From the IMG/VR virus record IMGVR_UViG_3300010163_000010, positions 1-64,000 of that record: a DNA stretch of 64,000 nucleotides, one strand, 5' to 3'. Numbering within the stretch: the first letter of the stretch is position 1; each line of letters opens with the position of its first letter. Shown here in pieces: positions 1 through 9,343 of this stretch. A model generated the notes under the pieces. That model did not search any database. It was not told the origin of the DNA and was given only the letters and a program-made list of their open reading frames with translations. The position numbers and the translations under genes are program-made. The stretch comes from a virus. Its lineage: Duplodnaviria; Caudoviricetes.

Positions 1-121
1 ACTGGGCTCGTCTGACACAAAATCATGCGCGTCAACAGGAGACCGCGAGAAAGATGCGCTCTCGTTGATAGCGTTTGCAAGTTTCCACGCACTAAATGCC
101 ATTACTTGTCGCCTCCAATCA

Positions 122-1405
122 TTAAAGATCAAAATCGGCCAAGACCGCAGCCTCAATGTCAGAGGCATCAGAATTGTCCTTCTTCTTATCGTTCCAGCTG
201 AGGATCTTACCGAACATCATCTTGGCCTGAGCCAGTCTGTCCTTGTAGTATGTGGTCTCGATATCTTTTAGCTTAGTAATGCAACCGTAAGCATTTTGGA
301 AAAATGTTAGCAATTTGCCGGTATAGGAGGTAAAATCACTCATGGCATTCGTAAACCTAGAATGATTTTCGATGTCTGCGTTATAGTGATCCTCAACGTC
401 AACATCACGTTTTTCCGCATCACTAAGCTGCTTTTCATACGATTTAACGCCGCCGGAAATCTGCTTGCCATCGGCGCCCTTATCGTTTTTGAAATTGCTG
501 ATAGCTTTCTCAAAGTCCGCCTTTGCATCAGAAACTGCCGACTCCATCTTTTCATACTTATTCTTGATGTCTTCCAGTTCAGTCTTACTGGTAAGAACCC
601 GGTGAAGGTCGCTCTTTGTAAAGCACTCATCACCATATTTGACAGTAACTTTCTCGCCGCCGTACAGTGCCTTTTTAATATCCCGCTCCCAGGATTTTTC
701 ACTAACGGCATATGAGCTGCCCACCATATAGTTGATAACCGTATACTGAGCTTCTGATGTAGAAATATCTGACATCTTGTCCATTTGAGCCTTAAATACG
801 CTGTCACTATCGGATCCACGGCCGGTTTTAATAGTAGCTGCGGCATCATTCGGCAATTTCAGGTTAAGATCTTTGAACAGCGAATTATACATACTACAAA
901 CCTGATCCTTTTTAGCAAACTCCGCGGGGTCGTGCTCCCAAAGTTTGGTCTTATCTCGCAGCGGAAATTTCCATGCCGTCACACTGAGGCCCTTAGGCTC
1001 TTTACTGGTATAGACCTCTTCTTTCTCGTATTTTGCATAAAGGTCTTTGGCCTTCATAAAAATACGATCCATAAAAATCTTAAGCTTGGCGATGATGCTC
1101 TTGATAAAGTTGATAACCTTCTCAAAGAACTTCTTCACCTTACCCAGCAGGCCGTCAACGGCAGACTCCACAATGGCCGTCGGATCGAACTCCCGCTCGT
1201 ACTGGATGGATTCGATAACAGCCTCGGTCAGGGCATCGTTGGTGTCGCGAGTAAAGTCACTCAGCTCCATCTGAGACTCCATGATGGCCACCGGCAGCGC
1301 TCCCGTGCACTCATCGAGAGTGAGGTACTCGTGCATATCTACGGCGGGGCCGCCATAGTAGCCCGTAGCATTTTCGCTGATGGCCCTAAGCTGAGAAATT
1401 CTCAT
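122..1405 (-). CDS. virion (internal head) structural protein, jumbo-phage type
   Basis: 427-aa ORF with GAGGAGG RBS and an upstream AACA-N4-TATA late promoter. Acidic N-terminus has repeated hydrophobic-x-E-(S/A) sites (IMES, LTEA, VIES, IVES), followed by an amphipathic helix (KVKKFFEKVINFIKSIIAKLK) typical of phiKZ/AR9-like internal head proteins. Confidence 0.6.
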   Translation of the reverse strand: MRISQLRAISENATGYYGGPAVDMHEYLTLDECTGALPVAIMESQMELSDFTRDTNDALTEAVIESIQYEREFDPTAIVESAVDGLLGKVKKFFEKVINFIKSIIAKLKIFMDRIFMKAKDLYAKYEKEEVYTSKEPKGLSVTAWKFPLRDKTKLWEHDPAEFAKKDQVCSMYNSLFKDLNLKLPNDAAATIKTGRGSDSDSVFKAQMDKMSDISTSEAQYTVINYMVGSSYAVSEKSWERDIKKALYGGEKVTVKYGDECFTKSDLHRVLTSKTELEDIKNKYEKMESAVSDAKADFEKAISNFKNDKGADGKQISGGVKSYEKQLSDAEKRDVDVEDHYNADIENHSRFTNAMSDFTSYTGKLLTFFQNAYGCITKLKDIETTYYKDRLAQAKMMFGKILSWNDKKKDNSDASDIEAAVLADFDL

Positions 1406-1502
1406 TTATAAAGCCTCCTCGTAAATCGATTTTAAGTTCATTGACATCACACAGGGGTATTGTGTTGGGGTAGAACTATCTTTCCCAATATAGGAAGATA
1501 CT

Positions 1503-1514
1503 TATATGCTTGTT
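1503..1514 (-). promoter_or_regulatory. putative late promoter AACA-AGCA-TATA
   Basis: Matches the AACA-N4-TATA motif seen at 7 sites upstream of structural genes. Confidence 0.6.
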
Positions 1515-1570
1515 TGGGGCATTTCTTTCGAAGTATAGCGATTTGGGGTATAGTATGAAACCGTTTGGGG

Positions 1571-2602
1571 TTAAACGGATTTCAACGCAGTGATAAGATC
1601 TCTGGAATAGTTATCGATAGCGTTCTTCAGCGAATAGTACTCACGCAGCTGATATGCATAATGCATAGCCAGAATAACGCCAAATCCGTACACGTTAACG
1701 GTTCTGGCTAAAAGTGCGGAAACGATCGCAGAGTCAACATCTTTCCCATCTGCAACTGCGCACTGAAGATCATACGCTTTCTGCATAGTGCAGCGCAAAT
1801 ACTTGGAAGCGCTTTCGACAAACTGACAGGACATTTGTGCATCGACACAATTACCTGCACAGCCATCGCAAGCGGAAGAGCCGAGACTGTCAGGACTAAG
1901 CAGGTTGCGCAGTGAAATGTCTCTGGATCGATTGGATTCAAACCGGATCAGTCGAGCAGGATCCCCAAATATACATGACATCAAATCGAGGATACTTGGA
2001 AATACCTCGAAGAATGTCAGAGGCCCATCGCAAGACGTAATAATACCGGCCTGATCGAATCCTATAATACTGTCCAACATTTCGGGGCACTTATTCATGA
2101 TTCCCATGAGTTTACGAACCTCATCAAGATACTGCAGCTGAGGAATCGTGGAATAAGTATACTCGTAATGTCCATAACCAGCATACTCAAGCTGAGAAAC
2201 TTTACGCATAACCAATCCCCGAATAGCATCAAAGGATGTCGTCACATACGAAGTATCAGCATATGCCAGTTTGAGCACTCCGGACAACTCACCGATAATC
2301 TTAATGATCGCATTGGTGCTCGCTGTTGCTGCAGCTGTGATCTGATCAAGCTTGCTCATATACGACATACCAAAGGATTCGTCGTCATCCATAGTATAGC
2401 CGTAGGACATGGTCAGCAAAGGGGAAACGTACTTCTCATACGGACCCTGCAGCTTAATCTTGGTGTTGGTCACAATATCGGCAGTTTCAGCAGAAGCCAA
2501 ACGAGAAGCGGGATCAACCTGGGTCTGAGGCTGAACATTGCCATCGAAATCTTCTACTGATTCGCACATAATGAATGCCCCGCCAGGAACAAGTGTAAAC
2601 AT
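1571..2602 (-). CDS. hypothetical protein, probably virion-associated
   Basis: 343-aa ORF with AGGAGG RBS, inside the structural operon. Confidence 0.6.
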   Translation of the reverse strand: MFTLVPGGAFIMCESVEDFDGNVQPQTQVDPASRLASAETADIVTNTKIKLQGPYEKYVSPLLTMSYGYTMDDDESFGMSYMSKLDQITAAATASTNAIIKIIGELSGVLKLAYADTSYVTTSFDAIRGLVMRKVSQLEYAGYGHYEYTYSTIPQLQYLDEVRKLMGIMNKCPEMLDSIIGFDQAGIITSCDGPLTFFEVFPSILDLMSCIFGDPARLIRFESNRSRDISLRNLLSPDSLGSSACDGCAGNCVDAQMSCQFVESASKYLRCTMQKAYDLQCAVADGKDVDSAIVSALLARTVNVYGFGVILAMHYAYQLREYYSLKNAIDNYSRDLITALKSV

Positions 2603-2619
2603 AGTTGTCAGCCTCCTTT

Positions 2620-3645
2620 CTACAGCATAAGAGATCCGCTGTCGAAGGTATCCGGATTACGAACTATCGGACTGTTCCGATCAACTTTCAATGCACGGTT
2701 CTCCTTTTCCTTCTGAACCGAAACCATGCTGTTTGTAGTATCCACCTTTACAGAAAAGATGTTCTTCCACTTGGTCAGCTTATCAACGATCTTTCTTTGC
2801 CGGGCAATGATCTTCTTATTACCACGGCCAGTAAGCTGAAGAGATTCGATGTTCGTATTGATCAGATCAATCTGGACGTTGAGCATCTCACTGACCCTCA
2901 CTCGAGTGTAGTATATCGAATAGATAATCTCTCGAATGAGAACAATGATCTTCGGAATGAGCATCAGAACGGCTCCGATACCAACGATAGCGATGGCAAC
3001 GGTACCTACCTCAATGGACTCTTTCAGCGGCTTGGTATTCTTTGTCTGATTACTGTAACGATTCAGCAGATCAGTGATTTCGTTTAGGCTATTAGCCGCA
3101 GACAAAATATTCCTGATGTGAACATGTTTGATCGTCCCGGGGATCTCATCGAACATAACCGAGCACTCAGTGTCCTGTTCAGTAGTAACGAATCGAATCG
3201 TATTGCTAATCAAGATGCCTACAGAATAGATGCAGGCGGAGACCATGCTCGTATAGAGCAACTGCACGATCCCATTGCCAGACCTATACAGATCAGAGTA
3301 CTGCTGCCGATGATCCATAAGATGATCCATCACCTTAGTAGTAGCAACTACTACCTCCATGTACTTCTTGGCACCAGGATCCGGCGAGTTCGAGTAGATC
3401 TCATTGAGAATCTCGACGTTATCCCGAAGAACGTCTTTGTACGCAAACTTGGCAAAATCACCAGCGGACTTCTCGATCATGGAGAAATCCATGGAGTTAT
3501 ATTTATCCGTAATGAATTTGAGCATTCCAGTGAGAACATCATCGGTCACCTTAAGCTGAGCCGCTTCATCAAGAAGAAGCATAGTAACCGAATCAACCGG
3601 AACACCACACTCGCTAATGATCTTAGCGCAGTTAAAATCCAGCAT
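2620..3645 (-). CDS. virion structural protein with a hydrophobic segment
   Basis: 341-aa ORF with AAAGGTGG RBS. Hydrophobic stretch VAIAIVGIGAVLMLIPKIIVLI follows an LKES site. Confidence 0.55.
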   Translation of the reverse strand: MLDFNCAKIISECGVPVDSVTMLLLDEAAQLKVTDDVLTGMLKFITDKYNSMDFSMIEKSAGDFAKFAYKDVLRDNVEILNEIYSNSPDPGAKKYMEVVVATTKVMDHLMDHRQQYSDLYRSGNGIVQLLYTSMVSACIYSVGILISNTIRFVTTEQDTECSVMFDEIPGTIKHVHIRNILSAANSLNEITDLLNRYSNQTKNTKPLKESIEVGTVAIAIVGIGAVLMLIPKIIVLIREIIYSIYYTRVRVSEMLNVQIDLINTNIESLQLTGRGNKKIIARQRKIVDKLTKWKNIFSVKVDTTNSMVSVQKEKENRALKVDRNSPIVRNPDTFDSGSLML

Positions 3646-3659
3646 ACTATACCACCTTT

Positions 3660-6017
3660 CTATCTGGACATTGCACGATACAGCTCACGAACCATTCGGT
3701 CACTGTTCGTAGACTCTCTATCGAGCATTGCATACGTATACATCTGGAATTCACCGTTGTGCCCGTCGTAAGTGACATAGCAGACCTCATTGGCCTGATC
3801 GAGAATCACGAAGCCGAGAAGGAATCCCATGTCCATGATCATCTTGACATGATCCGGCCGCATGATGTCGATACCATACTCATCCCGAATGAACTGAACT
3901 TCATTCATAGTCATAACGACCGTTCCATTCGGTGTATAGTTTTTCATCAGATACGGTATGGACATCTTAGACCACCGACGGCGCCGGCGGAAGGCGCTGT
4001 TCCACCTGCGGGCTCCGGTGCTGTTAATAGCATCAAGCTTCAGTTCCTTAAATCCAAAGACTAAGTCAGCCAAAGACTTCTCTTCACCGCTGATGAACTT
4101 AACGAACTTCAGGAACTTACGCTTATTAATGATACAGTTGTAGATATCGTCGATCAGATCCTTAGCCGGGATTTTATGCAGTTGCACTTTAATCCCAAGA
4201 AGGATATCACGATTAACAACCTCTTCAGTCTCATCAATGACAAAGCCAATGGTAGCGTGAGTAAACGTAGGAAGCGCCTCATTGGCCTTCTTCATTTCCA
4301 TATTGGTAAAGACCTCTTTGTCGAAGGTCTTTGTCCCCGTATAACCACGACGGGCTGCCCGGGCCAAATTCACTCCACCCTTAGGCCGACGATTATCGTA
4401 CACCGCATCCACACTGACATCGCCGATAGTCATATCGGGCTCTTCGTAATCAGAATCATATCGCTGCGAACGCTCAAGATTTGTAATACGATTATTTAAC
4501 TGCTCTGTCCGAAGTTTCTTATCTGTTTTCTCCATCTTGGATACACGGTCTCTGAGATCTTTGAATTCTTTATCGTAATTATCGGCGTTTCCGGTATTCT
4601 TATTATTCGTATTTCCCCCGTTATTATTGCCAGTGTTTTTAGGCGAACCGCCGTTTCCACCATTATTGTTTCCATTGGAATTGGAGCCACCGCTATTTGA
4701 ACTGCTCCTGCCTCCACCGTTCCCTTTACCTTTACCACCGCGGCCACCCTTAGCTTCATTGAGAACAAAGGCTTCATCATCGGGAGCAAGCAACTGACGC
4801 TCAGCATCCTCAACAAGCTTATCCATTACCATCAGATCAGTATCGGTGATACCGATCAATATGGCGCTCTCTTCCATCTTATGATCCGGAAGGCCCTTCC
4901 TCTTACGGAGTTCAGACCGACGCTTCTCCACAAGTTTCAGGCGCTTATTGATAATCTTGATGTAACCGCCGTACTGCTTCATAAACGCTTTCGGATTGGA
5001 AATATTGGCACCATTGAAGCGGATGACCAGCTTCTGTTTGGTGCCGTTCTTTTTGTTCTCTTTATACTTCCTCTTATAGCGAGTGAGGTATCTGGCATAC
5101 TTGGTCTTAAGCTTTTTCAGCTTGGCCTCCAAGGAATTCAGCTTAGCCAGACTGGGACAGGACAGAATCTTGTTCTCAGATACACCCTCCAAAGCAAACA
5201 TTATGGAGTTAATAGCCTGCTTGACATTGCCCTCAACCAAGACGCTGCGATTATCGATGAGTGCATCGAGATCATAGTCGTCATCGTCGATATCCTCGTC
5301 GTATTCATCATCATTGTCATCATCGGGAGAATAATCAAAGGCGCCGCGAATAATATCGGCATCAGGAATGTACTCTCCACCTTCGGGAAGGTCAAACAAA
5401 TCCAGGCTGGCTTCGCCCAGGAATCCCCAGGTATTTAGTTCATCGAGCTTCTCCTTATAGGCCGCCTGCATAGTCCGAGTCATTGGGTCAATCGGATTGA
5501 GATTGTACATATCGTTCAGAGAGATCGTCTCATTAACAACCTTGACGAAATTCGAGCAGTTCTTACGGGATTTCTCCCAGCACTCAAGCAGGAAGTCCTG
5601 TGTCTGCTTCAAATCTTCCGCACTGACAGATTCCTGAAGGTCAGCGGCGAGCCCGAGAGCTTTGCCAAAGACCATAGTAGATTTTGAATCCACGTCGATG
5701 CCAAGGTTCTGATGGAACTGAGACAAGTACTCCTCGACCGATGCCTGATCATCAGCGCTGATGCGGTGGAACGGCATCAAACTGATACATGCGACAACAA
5801 AAGACGCATACGACCGTTCCAACATCTTACTGGTCATAGCGACTTCTTCCGGAGTTATCTGATCAGATACGATCGTCGTGAAGTAAAAAATCGAGTTTGA
5901 ACTGAAGGCCGAAATGGATCGGATATGATTCCGATTCAGATTAACCTTGAAGTTATTGCCACCATGGCGATGATCAATCTCGAAGTTCGACAGCATCGAA
6001 AACAACTCAGTGATCAC
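3660..6017 (-). CDS. virion structural protein (head-associated) with acidic and G/N-rich inserts
   Basis: 785-aa ORF with AGGAGAGG RBS. Globular N- and C-terminal parts are separated by D/E-rich, K-rich and G/N-rich tracts; several LxE(S/A) sites. Confidence 0.55.
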   Translation of the reverse strand: MITELFSMLSNFEIDHRHGGNNFKVNLNRNHIRSISAFSSNSIFYFTTIVSDQITPEEVAMTSKMLERSYASFVVACISLMPFHRISADDQASVEEYLSQFHQNLGIDVDSKSTMVFGKALGLAADLQESVSAEDLKQTQDFLLECWEKSRKNCSNFVKVVNETISLNDMYNLNPIDPMTRTMQAAYKEKLDELNTWGFLGEASLDLFDLPEGGEYIPDADIIRGAFDYSPDDDNDDEYDEDIDDDDYDLDALIDNRSVLVEGNVKQAINSIMFALEGVSENKILSCPSLAKLNSLEAKLKKLKTKYARYLTRYKRKYKENKKNGTKQKLVIRFNGANISNPKAFMKQYGGYIKIINKRLKLVEKRRSELRKRKGLPDHKMEESAILIGITDTDLMVMDKLVEDAERQLLAPDDEAFVLNEAKGGRGGKGKGNGGGRSSSNSGGSNSNGNNNGGNGGSPKNTGNNNGGNTNNKNTGNADNYDKEFKDLRDRVSKMEKTDKKLRTEQLNNRITNLERSQRYDSDYEEPDMTIGDVSVDAVYDNRRPKGGVNLARAARRGYTGTKTFDKEVFTNMEMKKANEALPTFTHATIGFVIDETEEVVNRDILLGIKVQLHKIPAKDLIDDIYNCIINKRKFLKFVKFISGEEKSLADLVFGFKELKLDAINSTGARRWNSAFRRRRRWSKMSIPYLMKNYTPNGTVVMTMNEVQFIRDEYGIDIMRPDHVKMIMDMGFLLGFVILDQANEVCYVTYDGHNGEFQMYTYAMLDRESTNSDRMVRELYRAMSR

Positions 6018-6105
6018 TAGCTAACCTCTCCTTTCTTCCTGTAGTTTGTATATGTTATGCTTCGCCAGAGTAACCATATACATTATAGTCATTGTTGTGG
6101 GCAAT

Positions 6106-6870
6106 TCAGAACCCACCAACACGACGGTTATACTCTTGATCTGGATCATTATGGACTATTCTCAGTTGGCCATCGGTAATAGATCCTACCGATGTAGTGA
6201 CGTCATTACCTTCATAATATGAACTAGTATACATGGTACCACCTTGTACTGCCCATATGTATATATCTTCCGCCGGCGAGCACTATTAAGGATACCTTAA
6301 AAAATAATGTTCTGATATTATACGTCGATGGTACTACTGAAAGTCCAAGATTCGGTGGAGTAAATTGTATGTATCTAGAAACATCTGGTGGGTTCCGTAA
6401 AAATGGAACCCACCTGGATTAGACTCATCGCAAAGCCCATAGAGGCCTTGACCTATTGCAGGAATTAAACCTTCATACCACACAATATCCATACTTCTAG
6501 TTGCACCACCAAAATTATGCTTCGCCGGCGGAGCCATATTTTGGCCCTGATACAAAAACAAGTGTTATGTTTGTTGATACAGAAGGAGACAGTTTTACCA
6601 GTGTGACAGTAGACGTAATCTATGGTTATACATGTGGGTTCCGGTGCTATAATTTTGGAACCCACCATTCCAACTATTAAACCAACCACCAATAGCACCA
6701 GCGCCTGGAACATTTGAGTCATGTGCCATATTATCCCCGTATAATATAAATATGCTATAACCATCATCACTCGCCGGCGGACGTGTCACTCTATTTAATG
6801 GGCATCGAGTATACCGGTCGTATTATATGGAATACTTTTGGTCCACGCGAAGGTGATTTAGGTGGGTTCC
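6106..6870. repeat. array of six silent in-frame coding cassettes (three divergent pairs) bounded by CGCCGGCG and GGTGGGTTCC
   Basis: CGCCGGCG at 6271, 6523 and 6772. (G/T)GTGGGTTCC at 6387, 6633 and 6861. Inverse (G/A)GAACCCACC at 6108, 6405 and 6657. Inserts of 153, 108, 108, 102, 105 and 81 bp, all stop-free in frame (S/P)PA...(G/C)GF. Confidence 0.85.
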
Positions 6871-6894
6871 AACGCCCATCACAGAAAAAGAAAC

Positions 6895-6916
6895 GGCCCG
6901 GGGATATCCCCGGGCC
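6895..6916. terminator. perfect palindrome GGCCCGGGGATATCCCCGGGCC, likely intrinsic terminator of 6927-7382
   Basis: 22-bp palindrome followed by a T-rich tract on the minus strand. Confidence 0.7.
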
Positions 6917-6926
6917 ATTCCTGTTG

Positions 6927-7382
6927 CTATTTCTTCTTAAAGCGTACGCCAACGCGAAATCCGCGTCCCGGAGCCACCTCCATGACTCCACCAGCGAACT
7001 CCCTCTTGGGAACGAGTTCACCATCGGGATCCTCCAGCCGATACATCTTAGTCGGCTTGTCCCCTCCGAACCTGACACCAATGCCATCCTCGAAGTAGGG
7101 ATCCTCAAAATCCCGCCGATCATCATCGTCGTCATCGATCTGGTTATAGAGATTCTCAATCAGATCGAGCTGCCTGGTGAGGAGATCCTTCAACTCGGCC
7201 GTGTGGTTCTCCAGCGTCCTAACACGCTCTTCGAGTTCCTTCAGCCGATTCCCCTCACCATACGTCGATGTACGCTTGTTTCTGTTGTAGTTATTGGAGC
7301 TTGACCCCTGGACCGTGCTGGTGCGCTTCTCCTTGGGTTTCAGTTCGTAAAAGCCGTCGTTGTTACGGTTCTTCTTACTCAC
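6927..7382 (-). CDS. hypothetical protein with coiled coil and N-terminal DGFYELKPK motif
   Basis: 151-aa ORF with GTG start and AGGAGG RBS; early-type AT-rich motif upstream (~7488-7503). Confidence 0.7.
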   Translation of the reverse strand: MSKKNRNNDGFYELKPKEKRTSTVQGSSSNNYNRNKRTSTYGEGNRLKELEERVRTLENHTAELKDLLTRQLDLIENLYNQIDDDDDDRRDFEDPYFEDGIGVRFGGDKPTKMYRLEDPDGELVPKREFAGGVMEVAPGRGFRVGVRFKKK

Positions 7383-7511
7383 GGTTGTTACCTCCTAATT
7401 TGACTATACCGAAATTAGTTTCGTTCTCTTTTGTCATGAATGTTGAAAACGGATAGCCAAATAGAAAGTTATCAGCTCCTTCCACTGAATTTATAGTATA
7501 TAGCTAAAGAT

Positions 7512-8039
7512 TCATTCATCAGGATTGAAGCGACTAGTTACCGCTTCGTTGGAGTGCTGATACTTTCCACAATAAAGCCTATCCACTTTTCCATAGGGTG
7601 TGATGAAATATACCTGAGCTATGGGAAGTCCAGGGTATATCTTAGTCGGGTATGTGACCTTTACCTGAAGTGTAAACTTACCGGCAAATCCGATGTCTCC
7701 GAAACCGGCTTCCTGATGAATCGATACTCCGAGCCTGCCGATAGATGATCTGCCAGTAATCAGAGGAATATACTTCTCTGAACGAATAGTCTCCACTGTA
7801 GGCATAAGATACAGCAGCCCGGGACGAAGAACCAGCCCATCATCGGATACAATGAGCGATTCGGTTACCGCATAGCTCTCAGGTTCCATCAGATCAATGT
7901 GGCTGGTCACATGGTACAAGGTTACGATATTCCCGCAATGCAGGTTGTAACTGTTGGGATTAAGATTCTTACGATTGTAGGGAGTAATAGCCAACCCCTT
8001 GCTAGAAATCTCCGCATCAATTTCACTCCCAGTAAGCAT
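7512..8039 (-). CDS. dcd: dCTP deaminase
   Basis: Motifs NPNSYNL, GRSSIGRLG, AGFGDIGFAGKFTLQV, IAQVYF and YCGKYQ. Likely start MLTGSEI at 8039, after a GGTGGG RBS. Confidence 0.9.
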   Translation of the reverse strand: MLTGSEIDAEISSKGLAITPYNRKNLNPNSYNLHCGNIVTLYHVTSHIDLMEPESYAVTESLIVSDDGLVLRPGLLYLMPTVETIRSEKYIPLITGRSSIGRLGVSIHQEAGFGDIGFAGKFTLQVKVTYPTKIYPGLPIAQVYFITPYGKVDRLYCGKYQHSNEAVTSRFNPDE

Positions 8040-8153
8040 CCCACCAATAGACGTTTTCCAAGGAAGCATTGGTATCAACCTCACAAGATTAAAATGTATA
8101 ATCATGTAAAATCGATATTCATAAGTGAATTTGACCCATCTGTGATACCCTCA

Positions 8154-8165
8154 AACATCGATATA
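8154..8165 (+). promoter_or_regulatory. putative late promoter AACA-TCGA-TATA
   Basis: AACA-N4-TATA about 40 bp upstream of the structural gene at 8205. Confidence 0.6.
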
Positions 8166-8204
8166 AGTCTTTAATATGTTATAAAGATAAGAGGTGATAA
8201 CTTA

Positions 8205-9329
8205 ATGGCTGAGATGGATAACAATTCCGGTGGCGGAGGTTTTAGTACAATCTATCTGCGAGAAGCATTATCTGCGTTATCGTCAAAAGTAAAGAATGCC
8301 GTAGGATCACTGAAGTCGTCATCGTACACAGGAACAGACAGCAACGGAATACCTTATATTCTTGACGATATCGAGAGACAGGGTATTCGGTATGGAATGC
8401 CGTATGCTACTCTGGATGATCTAATCGATAACTTTGATATTGCTCGAATGCCCGACTATGAAGGTACGACCATGCCACTGGTTGGCCATATTATTTTTAC
8501 GCGGCCAAACCTTTACGTCGGAGTATATGGCGGAAACGGCGCTGAAAACTACGCAACCATGGCAACACATCCAATGTCTGCAGCATGGGCTACGGATAAG
8601 TATGGCCAAAAGATGCTTCATATGCTGTCGTGTAACAACTCGACAGCATATATGCCTTTATTCACAACACGGGCAGCAAACTACAGCGTAGGAGATATGA
8701 CGCTGAAAACGGTTGAAAAGGCCCAAACATACTATGGCCATATCATAAAGTATGCTACGAGTTCAGAGGAACACAAGATCGGTGGATCATTTACAGTAGA
8801 ATTCCGCAACGATCGATACCAGAGTATCATGAAAGCCATACAGTTATGGGCAGCATACATCTGGATTATAACGATGACTGATGCAATGCAGCCTTCAATA
8901 TCTTCACAGAAAAATGGGATTATCGATTATGCCGGATCAGTATACTATCTGGTCACTGCAATGGATATGAGAACTCTGGTATATTGGGAGAAACTTACTG
9001 GTGTATTCCCAAAAACGGTCCCTTACTCCATTTACAGCTATGCCGATCAGCCGATTCTGGAAGACAAGTTGTCTATAGAATTCGACTATGGCATGCGATC
9101 TGATCCCTGTGATCCTGGGGTATTGTTTGACCTCAATGTATTGTCATGTAATTCACCCAAAGGAGCTGAAGGTCGGTGGACTGCTGGGTTAGAGCGTCCA
9201 TTAAGGCCCGACAGCTACGAAAGGCCATTTGGCCTCGGAAATTCTTTGGCCAGATATCCGATGGCCAAGCGAACAGACAGAAATGGTGCAGTAAAATATG
9301 AACTACTGTGGACCAACTCTCAATTTTAA
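8205..9329 (+). CDS. virion structural protein (tail tube/baseplate-tube-like)
   Basis: FTRPNL, IIDYAGSVYYLV and YWEKLTGVFPKTVP patterns typical of jumbo-phage tube-fold proteins; directly upstream of the baseplate wedge gene. Confidence 0.55.
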   Translation: MAEMDNNSGGGGFSTIYLREALSALSSKVKNAVGSLKSSSYTGTDSNGIPYILDDIERQGIRYGMPYATLDDLIDNFDIARMPDYEGTTMPLVGHIIFTRPNLYVGVYGGNGAENYATMATHPMSAAWATDKYGQKMLHMLSCNNSTAYMPLFTTRAANYSVGDMTLKTVEKAQTYYGHIIKYATSSEEHKIGGSFTVEFRNDRYQSIMKAIQLWAAYIWIITMTDAMQPSISSQKNGIIDYAGSVYYLVTAMDMRTLVYWEKLTGVFPKTVPYSIYSYADQPILEDKLSIEFDYGMRSDPCDPGVLFDLNVLSCNSPKGAEGRWTAGLERPLRPDSYERPFGLGNSLARYPMAKRTDRNGAVKYELLWTNSQF

Positions 9330-9343
9330 GGAGGTGACTGAAT

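Noticed and set aside
6106-6870. CRISPR array or MITE/REP family
   Set aside because: The repeats are only 8-11 bp, of two alternating types and in both orientations. Spacers are 81-153 bp and keep reading frame. There are no cas genes, no target-site duplications and no internal similarity between units.
6334-7304. ORF-track entries 6334-6561, 6465-6770, 6595-6789 and 6783-7304 as genes
   Set aside because: They overlap each other and lack RBSs. Three are simply the open cassette frames extended to chance start codons.
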